Source: Desulfatiglandales bacterium
GTDB lineage: Bacteria; Desulfobacterota; DSM-4660; Desulfatiglandales; Desulfatiglandaceae
NCBI GenBank assembly: GCA_963662465.1
Contig: OY759599.1
Span: 5,760,001 to 5,824,000, forward strand
Reading direction: 5' to 3'
Length of the DNA: 64,000 nt
Under the pieces are notes generated by a model. It made no database searches and was not told the origin of the DNA. It saw nothing but the letters and a program-made list of their open reading frames with translations. Each line of letters opens with the position of its first letter. Position 1 is the first letter of the stretch. Shown here in pieces: positions 1 to 9,483 of the stretch. Position numbers and translations under genes: made by a program.

Positions 1-630
1 GTTTTCCGCTTTGATCGCCAGAGGAAGGCCACTTTCCTTGGCCAGATTCCCCATATCATCGACATTATCCTTGGTAGCGGCATAAATCAGCGGTTTCTTG
101 AAAGCGCAACCCGCGAGAGCCGCCTTGATCACATCCGGCTTTTCGCTCATAAGAACCAGACCGAATTCCGATTCTTCAGCGATTTTCTTAGCAACGGCAG
201 CGAAAGCGACGGCATCGCCGCTGACATCTTTTACAGCCACCAGTTCAGGCCGCAGGTTCAGCCCCACCCTTTCGAACTGAAAGGCGTTCCAGGTTTTTAA
301 TTTTGTATCAAGGGCGGCTGCATCCACATCGGATGGCATCAAAGCCGCCAGCGCGGTGGGGCTGTAAAAAGTTTTTTCATGCCTGAACATGACGGTTTCA
401 CCGCCCACCTTGAAGGCCCTTACGCCCGCACCAATAGCCACAGGACGAATGGGCGGGGCCGAAGCCTCAGCCAATTGATCCCTGGCTTCATCGGAAACGT
501 AGGGGCAACTATCCAATTCCGCCTTGCCGGCGGCAAGATTCATGGCAAAAGCCAGACATGTGGGAACCCCACACTCGCCGCAATTGGTTTTGGGTAATAA
601 TTTAAATATCTGAATTCCAGTTAATCCCAT
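1..630 (-). CDS. acsC: Corrinoid Fe-S protein large (gamma) subunit; 3' end runs off the window
   Basis: Not in the ORF track. Manual translation from ATG 630 gives MGLTGIQIFKLLPKTNCGECGVPTCLAFAMNLAAGKAELDSCPY...KVGGETVMFRHEKTF, with the N-terminal 4Fe-4S cysteines. GGAG RBS upstream; follows acsB. Confidence 0.95.
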   Translation of the reverse strand, partial: MGLTGIQIFKLLPKTNCGECGVPTCLAFAMNLAAGKAELDSCPYVSDEARDQLAEASAPPIRPVAIGAGVRAFKVGGETVMFRHEKTFYSPTALAALMPSDVDAAALDTKLKTWNAFQFERVGLNLRPELVAVKDVSGDAVAFAAVAKKIAEESEFGLVLMSEKPDVIKAALAGCAFKKPLIYAATKDNVDDMGNLAKESGLPLAIKAEN

Positions 631-662
631 AGCAAACTCCTAACTCAGAATATAATGGTAAA

Positions 663-699
663 AGCCGAAGTGCGGCCACACGGGTCCGCACCCCGGCTC
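663..699 (-). terminator. GC-rich intergenic hairpin between acsB and acsC
   Basis: AGCCGAAGTGCGG...CCGCACCCCGGCT imperfect inverted repeat; short U tract on the minus strand. Confidence 0.35.
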
Positions 700-711
700 A
701 TGTTTACATCC

Positions 712-2925
712 TTACCCCACAATTGGGTCCATCTTCAGGGCGGGGTGGTCCTTTTCCTTAAGAAATGCCAGAACGGTTTCCTCATCCGTTCCCACGGTCT
801 CATCGGCAATCCGGTCAACGAAATCGGGCATGCCCAGTTCCTCTCCACGAGCGACTAGGCGGTCCCTAAGCTCTTCTTTCAAAGATTTGGGTATCCACAC
901 AATTCTAAAAAGGCCGCCATCTCCGGATATGAACTTTCGCTGGGTCAGGTTAAACTTACCGTGACCCACAAACCCGGGTGAGGACTGACCGCCGCCCATG
1001 ACGCCGGCAAGGGTCGTGAACTTCATACCGCACGGGGTCGGACCGCTGTAATCTCGATGGACGCTCATGACGCCGTTACAACCGGGCAACACCGCCGCAA
1101 TGGCTTCACAGCAACCGCAGGTGGTCATTGGATCTTGAACGATAGAGTACAAATTGTAATGATCAATGGTCTGTCGGGACGCCTTGAAAACAAAATCATT
1201 GACGCCCTTAAACTGGCCCAGAACCGGATCCAGAACCTCGCCCTTTTCCACGGGCTGGTTGGGCCCGGTGGGATTGATTTCATAGGAGGCCTTGCAATCC
1301 ATCCAGTTGTAGGCGCCGCAAAGACCGGTCCGCTCGGGGCTGACCATGCAAACATGGCTGGGCGCAAAAGACTGACACAGGGTGCAGGAATAGAACGTCT
1401 CCACGCTTTCATCGGTCATATTCTCAACACGGTTGTCCCGAGTTTTGTACTCTGCCCTGGCAGTTTCGGTTAATTTATCCACATCTTCTTTATTGGTATA
1501 CAGGGTTACCTGAACCTTATCAAGGATGCTTCCGAAATCCTGGTGCATTTTCGCATGCAGAATCACACCGATATCCTTAAGGGTAAACCCTTTTTCGATG
1601 GCATTATCGCTCACGCGGATCCAGGAGATATCCCGCTGCCCGATATGCATGATATATTGGGCATAGTTGATGAGATGATGAACCTGACGTTCCAGAATAG
1701 GCTCAAAGTCGGGCTGCATTTCACGGCCGGCCACCTGCATGAAGATACCGAGGGGAAGTCGTTCCCCCTTCTTGACATCGCCTACGTCCGGGCCAATCAC
1801 TTCGACCTTGCCGTCTTCGATCTCGTTCATCTCGGCCATTTTACACAGCTCGGTACATTGGGTCTTGCCGCCGCCCATCTCCATGTAGAGATCGTCTTTA
1901 CGGACTCGTTCGCCCTCAAATGCCGGACCGTAGGCCAGGGGAATCTTAATTTCCGAAACCGTAACTTTAAGACCGCGGATTTCAACGGACTTCTGGCAGA
2001 TTTCATTGTGGGGCACATTGGCCACCACGTGTTCGTAGGTACAGATACCCGTGGGCAGAATCTCCGGAATGTCCGTATCCGCCAGAGTTGGAAAGCCCCA
2101 GTTCACGCAACCTGCGGCAGCCACAGCCCACTCGGTCCCCACATCGCCAAAGGCGTTGACAAAAGCGAAAATACGGTCCTTGTTGTAAAGAAGGATTTTC
2201 TTGTAGTCGCCGGGCTGCACCCCGCCGAACGACATGGCGGCACGATTGGCAAAACCGAGAGCGAATACGGCGGAGCTGATGTCCGGTCCAAAGGGTACGA
2301 TTCGGGTATTCCACCCTATCTGCATGCCGGCTTCCAGACATTGCTCAATAATGGTGGTGCCGTTATGGTTGGCGGCACAAAAAATATAAAGACTCTTTTT
2401 CTGATAGTCTTCCACAATCATCTTGGCGGTTTCCGCATCGGGCAGGGCGCCCACGCATGCGGCAAATCCGGGGGCGGAACCATCCACGAATTCCACACCA
2501 CGCTTTCTTAAAATGGCGTCGTCCGCCGGTCCCACCCAAATTTTACCCGCGTCAATATCCGGATCTTCCTGTGCAATATAAAAATCAGGCTCCCTCAAAA
2601 TTCTAAGGGCTTCAATGATTTCATAACAGAAAATCGCCGCCATGCCCGCGTCCAGCAGGGGACCCAGGTATGGAAGGTAATTTTTCAGTTTGATATGGGG
2701 CGGTAAAAGTGACCGTGCAAATTCAAGGGGCGCCTTCAAATCTTCCAGCGTCTCCACCTTCAAACCGGTAAGCGAATAAATTACCGGAAGATAGTAAGCC
2801 GTGTTGGGAAATCCGATTTTCGTACTGGCATCGTAGGTCTGTAGGGCTTTTCGGTATTCACCCTCGGCCTGTGAAACAACTTTATATCCACCCTGAATGG
2901 CTGCAAATGCTACTAATTTAGACAT
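712..2925 (-). CDS. acsB: Acetyl-CoA synthase (bacterial-type, with N-terminal domain)
   Basis: 737 aa; GPAFEGERVR, CTLCQSFAPSHVC, GLCGA, PMTTCGCCE and GMKFTTLAG A-cluster motifs. Confidence 0.97.
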   Translation of the reverse strand: MSKLVAFAAIQGGYKVVSQAEGEYRKALQTYDASTKIGFPNTAYYLPVIYSLTGLKVETLEDLKAPLEFARSLLPPHIKLKNYLPYLGPLLDAGMAAIFCYEIIEALRILREPDFYIAQEDPDIDAGKIWVGPADDAILRKRGVEFVDGSAPGFAACVGALPDAETAKMIVEDYQKKSLYIFCAANHNGTTIIEQCLEAGMQIGWNTRIVPFGPDISSAVFALGFANRAAMSFGGVQPGDYKKILLYNKDRIFAFVNAFGDVGTEWAVAAAGCVNWGFPTLADTDIPEILPTGICTYEHVVANVPHNEICQKSVEIRGLKVTVSEIKIPLAYGPAFEGERVRKDDLYMEMGGGKTQCTELCKMAEMNEIEDGKVEVIGPDVGDVKKGERLPLGIFMQVAGREMQPDFEPILERQVHHLINYAQYIMHIGQRDISWIRVSDNAIEKGFTLKDIGVILHAKMHQDFGSILDKVQVTLYTNKEDVDKLTETARAEYKTRDNRVENMTDESVETFYSCTLCQSFAPSHVCMVSPERTGLCGAYNWMDCKASYEINPTGPNQPVEKGEVLDPVLGQFKGVNDFVFKASRQTIDHYNLYSIVQDPMTTCGCCEAIAAVLPGCNGVMSVHRDYSGPTPCGMKFTTLAGVMGGGQSSPGFVGHGKFNLTQRKFISGDGGLFRIVWIPKSLKEELRDRLVARGEELGMPDFVDRIADETVGTDEETVLAFLKEKDHPALKMDPIVG

Positions 2926-2996
2926 GTTTTCCTCCTTCGTTGAGGATTTATTCTAATCCGAAAATTTTGAAAATTATGGTTAACGACAAATCAGTT

Positions 2997-5030
2997 CTAA
3001 GCCTGAAGGGCCTGACGATCGGCCATATCCATCAAAACACGCTCTCTTGCTCTATCGATACCCAGTTCTTTTCGTTTTTTGTCGATATGGGCAATCATCA
3101 GGGCCGCATGTTTAATGGGATCAACCTCCAGGTCCCACATGCCGCCGTAGATTTCTTCAAATTCCTTACAGATATAATCGTTAAATACCGGCGCACCGCT
3201 CGTGGGCAGCGTGACACCAAACACCGTGTACACACCCGATACCACAAAATAATGGCCAATGCTGATGGCCTTTTCACTCATCCACTCAGGCGCACTTCCC
3301 GCCACCGGCAAATCACTGATATCTTTTCCCAATCCGCCTGCCTTCACCACCTCTGTTGCGGCAAGGAGAATACGGCTGTTATCCACACAGGAACCTAAGT
3401 GCAGAACGGGCGGAATACCCACAGTTTCGCAAACCTCGGCCAAGCCAGGTCCGCAGAAGGTAGCCGCGGATTCGGGCGTCAACAAACCTTCCATGGCGCA
3501 GGCAATCGCGTTGCATCCGGTCGTCAGGACGAGAACGTCATTCTTGATCAGTTCCTTGACAACGGTGAGGTGACCTTCATTGTGTCGGGTTCGCGCATTG
3601 TTGCATCCCACCACGCCGGCCACGCCGCGAATGCGGCCATTGATGATATTGTCGTTGAGGGTATAGTAGGAACCGCGAAAGCTGCCGCCAAGATGATACT
3701 CAATGGATTCCACGCCAAACCCCGCCACGCACGGCATTTTATGTTTTGGAATCATGACTTCGCTACTGCGGTTTTCATAGTTATCAATGGCCATTTTGAC
3801 GATCCGTGTGGCATCTTCCATGGCGTGATGTTCATCAAATTCAATATGGATCACATTCTCCTGCTCCATCTTGGCGATGGGATGAGTCGTGATCAGTTTG
3901 GTATGAAAACAAGCCGCCACATTGGCCAGATTCTGCATGATGCACTGAATGTCCACCACCATGGCGTCGCAGGCGCCGGTAATGATCGCCAGTTCCTGCT
4001 GCAGAAATGTCCCCGCCAGAGGTATGCCATGACGCTGCAGCATTTCGTTTGCCGTACAGCAGATGCCGCTCAGCTGAATGCCCTTGGCGCCTTTACTTTT
4101 GGCGTAATCAATCATCTCCTGGGTCTCAGACACGGCAATGATAAGTTCGGACAGAATCGGTTCATGACCGTGAACAACGAGGTTCACATGGTCTTCCCTC
4201 ATGACGCCCAGGTTGGCTTCGGACTGAATGGGAAATGGGGTGCCGAACAGGATGTCCTGCAGATCGGTGGCCAGCATGGAACCACCCCATCCATCCGCGA
4301 TGGCGGCCCGGGTTCCCTGTTTGATCAAATTTTTGTAATCCTGATCCACACCGATATGGGTGCGGTGCATGATTTCCACGATTTCCCGGTCGATGTTCCG
4401 GGGAAGTACGCCCTGTTTTTTCCAGACATTATAACGCGCTTCAGGGGCCTTCTTCAAATTGAGGAGTTCGCCTTCGGGTTTGCCCCATTCATTCATGGCG
4501 GCTTCGCCCACTTCAACGGCGATCTCATCCAGATCCCGATCCATTTCTTCGCCGTCCACTTCAACGGTTGTGGCAACATTCAGATCCTTGGCCACCGCTA
4601 GGAGCTTCACGGTGTCTTTAATCTTATAAACATCCGTCTCTTTCCGGGCAGCGGCAAGAAATACCGCCGCCACGCCGCGTCCATGGTCGGAGTGAGCCGC
4701 CGCGCCGCCGGCGATCATACGGATAAAGTTACGGGCTGCTATGGTGTTGGCTGTAGCGCCGCAAAGACCCTTTCGATCATCTTTACCTTGAATACCACCT
4801 TTGGGAAGCGGCAGCCGGCAAGGCCCCATGGAACAATTCTTACAACATGTACCCTGAACGCCGATATTACAGGGCTTCATGTTCTCAGCCCGGTCAAAAA
4901 CCGTTTCCACGCCCAATTCATGGGCGCGGGCGATCATTTCCTGTGTTGCCACGTCAATGGATGCCTTGATTGGGTCAGCCAACTTTTTTTCCTTTGCAAC
5001 CTTAGCAACCTTTACTTTTTCTTCTGCCAT
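2997..5030 (-). CDS. acsA: Anaerobic Ni-CO dehydrogenase catalytic subunit
   Basis: CCKNCSMGPC, GLCGA, AAHSDH, HGHEP, GICCTANE, GCNN, GSCVDNSR and SEKA motifs. Start moved to ATG 5030, behind an AGGAGG RBS. Confidence 0.96.
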   Translation of the reverse strand: MAEEKVKVAKVAKEKKLADPIKASIDVATQEMIARAHELGVETVFDRAENMKPCNIGVQGTCCKNCSMGPCRLPLPKGGIQGKDDRKGLCGATANTIAARNFIRMIAGGAAAHSDHGRGVAAVFLAAARKETDVYKIKDTVKLLAVAKDLNVATTVEVDGEEMDRDLDEIAVEVGEAAMNEWGKPEGELLNLKKAPEARYNVWKKQGVLPRNIDREIVEIMHRTHIGVDQDYKNLIKQGTRAAIADGWGGSMLATDLQDILFGTPFPIQSEANLGVMREDHVNLVVHGHEPILSELIIAVSETQEMIDYAKSKGAKGIQLSGICCTANEMLQRHGIPLAGTFLQQELAIITGACDAMVVDIQCIMQNLANVAACFHTKLITTHPIAKMEQENVIHIEFDEHHAMEDATRIVKMAIDNYENRSSEVMIPKHKMPCVAGFGVESIEYHLGGSFRGSYYTLNDNIINGRIRGVAGVVGCNNARTRHNEGHLTVVKELIKNDVLVLTTGCNAIACAMEGLLTPESAATFCGPGLAEVCETVGIPPVLHLGSCVDNSRILLAATEVVKAGGLGKDISDLPVAGSAPEWMSEKAISIGHYFVVSGVYTVFGVTLPTSGAPVFNDYICKEFEEIYGGMWDLEVDPIKHAALMIAHIDKKRKELGIDRARERVLMDMADRQALQA

Positions 5031-5112
5031 TTTGAGGTTCCTCCTCATATTGAAATAAAATGTGATATGTTCGCAAAATTAAACAAACCATTTTTAAAAA
5101 ATAAAAGCGTAT

Positions 5113-6657
5113 TTATCTCATTCGTTTGAGATTATTCAGAAGCTTATTGGTTTTGGTGGTTTTTGTTTTTGCGGCCGTCATGGTTTTTTCTTTCTTACCG
5201 GCAGCAGCCCTTTCTTCAAGACGCTTTCGGTTTTCCGCTGCGCGTGCTTCTCTCACTGCAGCTTCCTCGGCCTCTCTTTTGGCCACTTCGGCGGCTTTGG
5301 CCTTCGCTTCCGCATCCGCTTTGGCCTTTGCCTCTGCTTCGGCTTTGGCTGCGGCATCCGCTTTGGCCTTCGCTTCCGCATCCGCTTTGGCTGCCGCTTT
5401 GGCTTTCTCTTCCGCTTCAGCTTTAACCTTGGCTTCCGCTTCCGCCTTGGCTTCGGGATCTTCTTTTGGCACTGCCTTCACTTCGGCTTTAACTTCCGGT
5501 TTGGCCTCAACTTTGGGCGCCGGAGCTGCTTTAGGCGCTTCCTTAACCGGGGCTTTGGCTTCCGGCTTTTTGGCTGCTTTGGCCGCGGCAGGTTTTTTCT
5601 CTGCTTCAGCTGTAGCGAAATTCAAATCCGGTTCAGGCGAAACGGCCAAAAGATCCGCTGTTTTAAGGTCAAGAATCTTGGAAACATCGGCTACACCGGA
5701 GGCTGTTCCACCATTAGAAAGCAATTCAATGAAAGACTTGGTTAAACGGACGCTTTCCGGATGGCGAAGAATCACCACGGACGCACCGGCCATCAAATAA
5801 CAGACAGCCGCCGTCGATTCCATCATGATGCCCCGTTTTTCAGGATCGCCCAGGGTAGGCGCTTCCTCGATGCTCAGTTTGGCTTCCTTACATTTCCATA
5901 TTTCGTTGCCAAGATTGGAAATCATGGGAATCTGGAGTTTATCATCTTCCTGGGTCAGAGCCGCCATCATGATCCGTTCCATGACCGAGTATGAATATTC
6001 CATACCGTATCCCAAACCGCCGGTGGTGGGGTCAATAACAATCTTTTCGCCCTTGACGCCCAGATTTCCCAACAGAATGTTAAGCTGTTTGGCCAGGTTT
6101 ACATCGATAGGGGAAGATGAAACAATGGTTTGACCATAACCGAGAGCGCTGGCGCCCACACCCTTGTGGTTTGCCTCTTCCACCGGTCCAAGAGCAACAT
6201 TCTTTCCCTGACAGATTTCAGATATCTTCTTCAATACCATTTCATCCTTTGCGTTATTGGCAGTTCCCCACAGAACCAGGGGAACATCCACCGCATCGGC
6301 AACTTTCTTGGCGATTTCAGCGGTTTCTTCTGCGCCACGATCCATTCCATTCGGATCCGTACCCTTCAACTGCAATATGATTAAATCCGCTCCGTATTCG
6401 TCAACACATTTTTTTGCCCATGCATCGGGTGAAGCAATCACATCTTTAAAAGGTGCAACCGCCGCTTCAGGCCATTCTTCTGAAGGATCATAATCCCAGA
6501 CTTCCATTGCAACTTTTGGAACATTAGGCATACTGCCTTCAAAAAGATGGAAAGGGTATGAGTCTCCTCCACCCAGTTTTACGGCGCCGTCTCCAACGCC
6601 AAGTGTCGTTTCCCCTATTTTTCCGGAATAGGGCTGTTGTGGAATCTCAAAGGCCAA
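5113..6657 (-). CDS. acsD: Corrinoid Fe-S protein small (delta) subunit with long Ala/Lys/Glu-rich C-terminal tail
   Basis: SPIDVNLAKQLN, DPTTGGLGYGMEYSYSVMERI, ILRHP motifs. TTG start behind AGGAGGGA. Confidence 0.93.
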   Translation of the reverse strand: MAFEIPQQPYSGKIGETTLGVGDGAVKLGGGDSYPFHLFEGSMPNVPKVAMEVWDYDPSEEWPEAAVAPFKDVIASPDAWAKKCVDEYGADLIILQLKGTDPNGMDRGAEETAEIAKKVADAVDVPLVLWGTANNAKDEMVLKKISEICQGKNVALGPVEEANHKGVGASALGYGQTIVSSSPIDVNLAKQLNILLGNLGVKGEKIVIDPTTGGLGYGMEYSYSVMERIMMAALTQEDDKLQIPMISNLGNEIWKCKEAKLSIEEAPTLGDPEKRGIMMESTAAVCYLMAGASVVILRHPESVRLTKSFIELLSNGGTASGVADVSKILDLKTADLLAVSPEPDLNFATAEAEKKPAAAKAAKKPEAKAPVKEAPKAAPAPKVEAKPEVKAEVKAVPKEDPEAKAEAEAKVKAEAEEKAKAAAKADAEAKAKADAAAKAEAEAKAKADAEAKAKAAEVAKREAEEAAVREARAAENRKRLEERAAAGKKEKTMTAAKTKTTKTNKLLNNLKRMR

Positions 6658-6809
6658 TTTATGTCCCTCCTTCTTGGATTCTTTGTTTGTTCACAATTTG
6701 CGGCTTATGGCCGCTGTTAATATTTAAAAAATGTAAAAAAAAACCACTTGTGAAAAATTATACATAGCCGGCACAAAAAAATACCTCTGCTTTTGAGGTC
6801 ATTGCGCGT

Positions 6810-6838
6810 AAATTAGAAGATTATTGAAACGTTGTCAA
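6810..6838 (-). promoter_or_regulatory. sigma70-type promoter for the acsD-acsA-acsB-acsC operon
   Basis: Minus strand TTGACA-17 bp-TAATTT. Confidence 0.55.
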
Positions 6839-6932
6839 GGGGTTTTTGCCTGTAATTTAAAAGGGTTTTATAATTTATTAACAACCCAACATATTGTGTA
6901 AAGCAAAAAGATCATACAAGATACAGGGATAT

Positions 6933-7679
6933 CTATGGAACAATCTGATCAAAAATACGATATGCAGCCTTCATGGCTTCATTTTCGTTTGGTAATTCCA
7001 CAGTTGGCTTTCCTTCCAGATCAAACTGTTGCAACACTGAATCTTCGGGAACCGTACCGATAAAATCCAATTTGTATTGGTTAAGGGCCTCATCTAAAGC
7101 CTCTGTTTGTCCCTCCTTGGCACGGTTGACCATGACGACTTTTCGGTTAATATTCAATTTAAGGGCATTGGTTAATTCCACAATACGATTCGCCGCCTGC
7201 AAACCTCGTCTTGTGGCGTCGGATACCACCAGAAGTACATCAATGTTATTGGTGGTAAGCCGGCTGATATGTTCCATGCCCGCTTCATTGTCCACGACCA
7301 GATAATTATAGTTGTCAATCAATTTTTCCAGGTATTGCGTTAAAAGCGAATTGGCCGCGCAGTAGCATCCGGCGCCTTCGGGACGTCCCATGGTAATCAG
7401 GTCAAATCCCTTGGACTCCACAATGGCTTCCTGAAGTTTCATTTCCATGTAGACATCTTTTGTCATGCCCGGCGATACACCTGTTTTCATGTCTTCCCTG
7501 GCATCCCCAAGGGTTTCCCCCGCCTCGAGTCCCAATACTTCATTAAAATTCGCATTGGCGTCGGCATCCACGGCCAAAACGGGTGTTTTTCCTTTCTCCA
7601 CCAGATACTTGATAAGCATACCCGCGGTTGTGGTTTTCCCGGTTCCACCTTTTCCCGCTAAGGCAATCGAATACGTCAT
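6933..7679 (-). CDS. cooC: CODH/ACS nickel-insertion ATPase (CooC/AcsF)
   Basis: GKGGTGKT Walker A, DAD, GAGCYC Ni-binding CxC, DNEAGMEH. Start ATG 7679 behind GGGAGG. Confidence 0.93.
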   Translation of the reverse strand: MTYSIALAGKGGTGKTTTAGMLIKYLVEKGKTPVLAVDADANANFNEVLGLEAGETLGDAREDMKTGVSPGMTKDVYMEMKLQEAIVESKGFDLITMGRPEGAGCYCAANSLLTQYLEKLIDNYNYLVVDNEAGMEHISRLTTNNIDVLLVVSDATRRGLQAANRIVELTNALKLNINRKVVMVNRAKEGQTEALDEALNQYKLDFIGTVPEDSVLQQFDLEGKPTVELPNENEAMKAAYRIFDQIVP

Positions 7680-7826
7680 ACGTTCCTCCCTATTATTAAA
7701 ATAGCAAAATTTAATGGATATCTTTTTCAAAAATGTCAAAAATTCAATGCTCGTAAAAAAGTCTATCTATTACCCCACAACACATGGCTTATTCAACCTT
7801 TTTCCAAAAAATTTTAGAGTTGTTTA

Positions 7827-8016
7827 TTTTATGTCAAACTTTGTCAAAAAATCGGAAAAGATGATGCTAAAGGTTGTTTTCTGAAAGAACCGGGTTATTG
7901 GTTTATAACCAAATTAAGAAAGTATAATTTATAAAATAAGATAGTTATCTTGCTTTTAAACAAATTTTAAATTCTTTATTGTTATGATTAATTTTATATA
8001 TTTAAAAAAATAATAA
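7827..8016 (+). repeat. Origin-like AT-rich module, copy 1 (upstream of dnaA)
   Basis: Collinear homolog of 9484-9674 (offset 1657-1658). Shared blocks: TTTTATGTCA[A/G]ACTTTGT (17/18) and TGATTAATTTTATATAT[T/C]TAAAAAAA[T/C]AATAA (30/32). Confidence 0.75.
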
Positions 8017-8067
8017 TTTGAAATTTATGGGAACGGTATACCGTACAAATTCAATTTCAGATTTCGA

Positions 8068-8096
8068 TTGCTATCTTTTTTAAAACTCTCTATAAT
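8068..8096 (+). promoter_or_regulatory. sigma70 promoter of dnaA
   Basis: TTGCTA-17 bp-TATAAT, ending 46 bp upstream of the dnaA ATG. Confidence 0.6.
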
Positions 8097-8142
8097 TTAA
8101 TGTTTCTAAAAAAACCTTTTTCCTAACCCACAACTATTTTCC

Positions 8143-9465
8143 ATGATAACAAAAAATGAAATATGGGACCAAATAAAAGAGAATATTAAAGGTGATATTC
8201 CCAAATCCGAGTTCAAAACGTGGCTATCCCAAACATCGTTGCTGGAGATCAGCTCGGAACTAGCAGTTATTGAGGTTCCAAATAAATTTATTGCGGCTTG
8301 GCTTTCCGACAATTACAGTGATCGTATAAGACGATTGCTGCAAGATCACGTCCGTACCCACCCGGCAATCCAATTTTCTTACAAAACCCTCGATAGTAGA
8401 AAAACAGGAAAAAAGAAAAGTGTTAATAAAAGATCAAAAGCGTTTTTTTCGCATGGACTGAATCCATCTCATACCTTCTCTGATTTTGTTAAAGCAGGGT
8501 CCAATGGCCTTGCCTGCTCTTCAGCACTTGATGTTGCGAACAATCCATTTTGCAAGTATAATCCCCTTTACATTTTCAGCAAACAGAGTTTGGGGAAAAC
8601 TCATCTTTTGCATGCTATCGGCAATGAGGTCATAAAAAGAGACCGCGAAAAAAAAGCCATTTATTTGTCAGCTGAATGTGTTGTTTCTCAATTTGAAAAA
8701 CTTGTTCCCGACATATTTGAATGTTTTTGGGAAGAAGAAAAACCTCCTCAAGTTTTATTGCTCGACGACATTCAAATTATTACAAATCATCGAGAATCAC
8801 AAAAAGAATTGCTTTCTCTTTGTAGTTTTTTCCTGGAATCAAACCGCCAGTTGGTAGTTGCCGCTACCGCTCCTCCAAATCAGATTAAAAACCTTTTGCC
8901 ACAACTGCGCTCACGCCTTGAATGGGGTTTAATTACAGAAATAAAAGTACCCAGTCAAAAAACAAAAATGAAAGTGATCAACCAAAAAGCAAAATATGAA
9001 GGTATTCAGTTTCCAGAGGACGCACAATTTTTACTGGCAAGTTCAACCAATGATTTTAAAAAACTGGTTAACCAAGTTAAAAAGATCAAAGCTCATACAA
9101 ACCTTTACGGAACCAAAACAAATGTTTTCACCGTTCAATCCGTTCTTGAAAATAAACCGCATTTTCATATCAGACCTGAGCGTATTCAAGAAATTACGGC
9201 TAAATATTTTCAAATTTCAATATCAGATCTTTTAAGCCGAAAAAAAGAACGAAAAATTTCCTATCCCAGGCAGGTAGCCATCTACCTTACCAGAAAATAC
9301 ACGGATATGTCTTTAAAGGAAATTGGAAGCGCTTTCGGTAATAAACATCATTCATCAATAATATATTCAATCAACAATATCGAAAAAAGTATAAAATCAA
9401 AAATAGAGATTATAAACGATATAAATAAATTAAAAGCGTTTCTTTCAAATAGCTCAGTTTTGTAA
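8143..9465 (+). CDS. dnaA: Chromosomal replication initiator DnaA (divergent)
   Basis: Domain I (FKTW, VPNKF), YNPLYIF..LGKTHLLHAIG, LLLDDIQ, LRSRLEWGL and PRQVAIYL domain IV. Precedes dnaN-gyrB-gyrA. Confidence 0.9.
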   Translation: MITKNEIWDQIKENIKGDIPKSEFKTWLSQTSLLEISSELAVIEVPNKFIAAWLSDNYSDRIRRLLQDHVRTHPAIQFSYKTLDSRKTGKKKSVNKRSKAFFSHGLNPSHTFSDFVKAGSNGLACSSALDVANNPFCKYNPLYIFSKQSLGKTHLLHAIGNEVIKRDREKKAIYLSAECVVSQFEKLVPDIFECFWEEEKPPQVLLLDDIQIITNHRESQKELLSLCSFFLESNRQLVVAATAPPNQIKNLLPQLRSRLEWGLITEIKVPSQKTKMKVINQKAKYEGIQFPEDAQFLLASSTNDFKKLVNQVKKIKAHTNLYGTKTNVFTVQSVLENKPHFHIRPERIQEITAKYFQISISDLLSRKKERKISYPRQVAIYLTRKYTDMSLKEIGSAFGNKHHSSIIYSINNIEKSIKSKIEIINDINKLKAFLSNSSVL

Positions 9466-9483
9466 AATTGAAAAAGCTTTTAA

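Noticed and set aside
1475..1483. Perfect DnaA box TTATCCACA (another at 61836-61844, minus strand)
   Set aside because: Isolated; one is inside acsB and neither is clustered near dnaA, so chance occurrence is likely.
3399..4601. Long antisense ORFs (also 1543-2511, 19721-20722, 38816-39787, 41488-42726)
   Set aside because: They shadow well-supported genes on the opposite strand and show no motifs.
5126..5800. Ala/Ser/Leu-rich 224-aa plus-strand ORF as a membrane protein
   Set aside because: It is the antisense reading of the AcsD low-complexity tail.
6749..6766. Rex-like operator TTGTGAAAAATTATACAT upstream of acsD
   Set aside because: Only one half-site matches well; too weak in AT-rich DNA.
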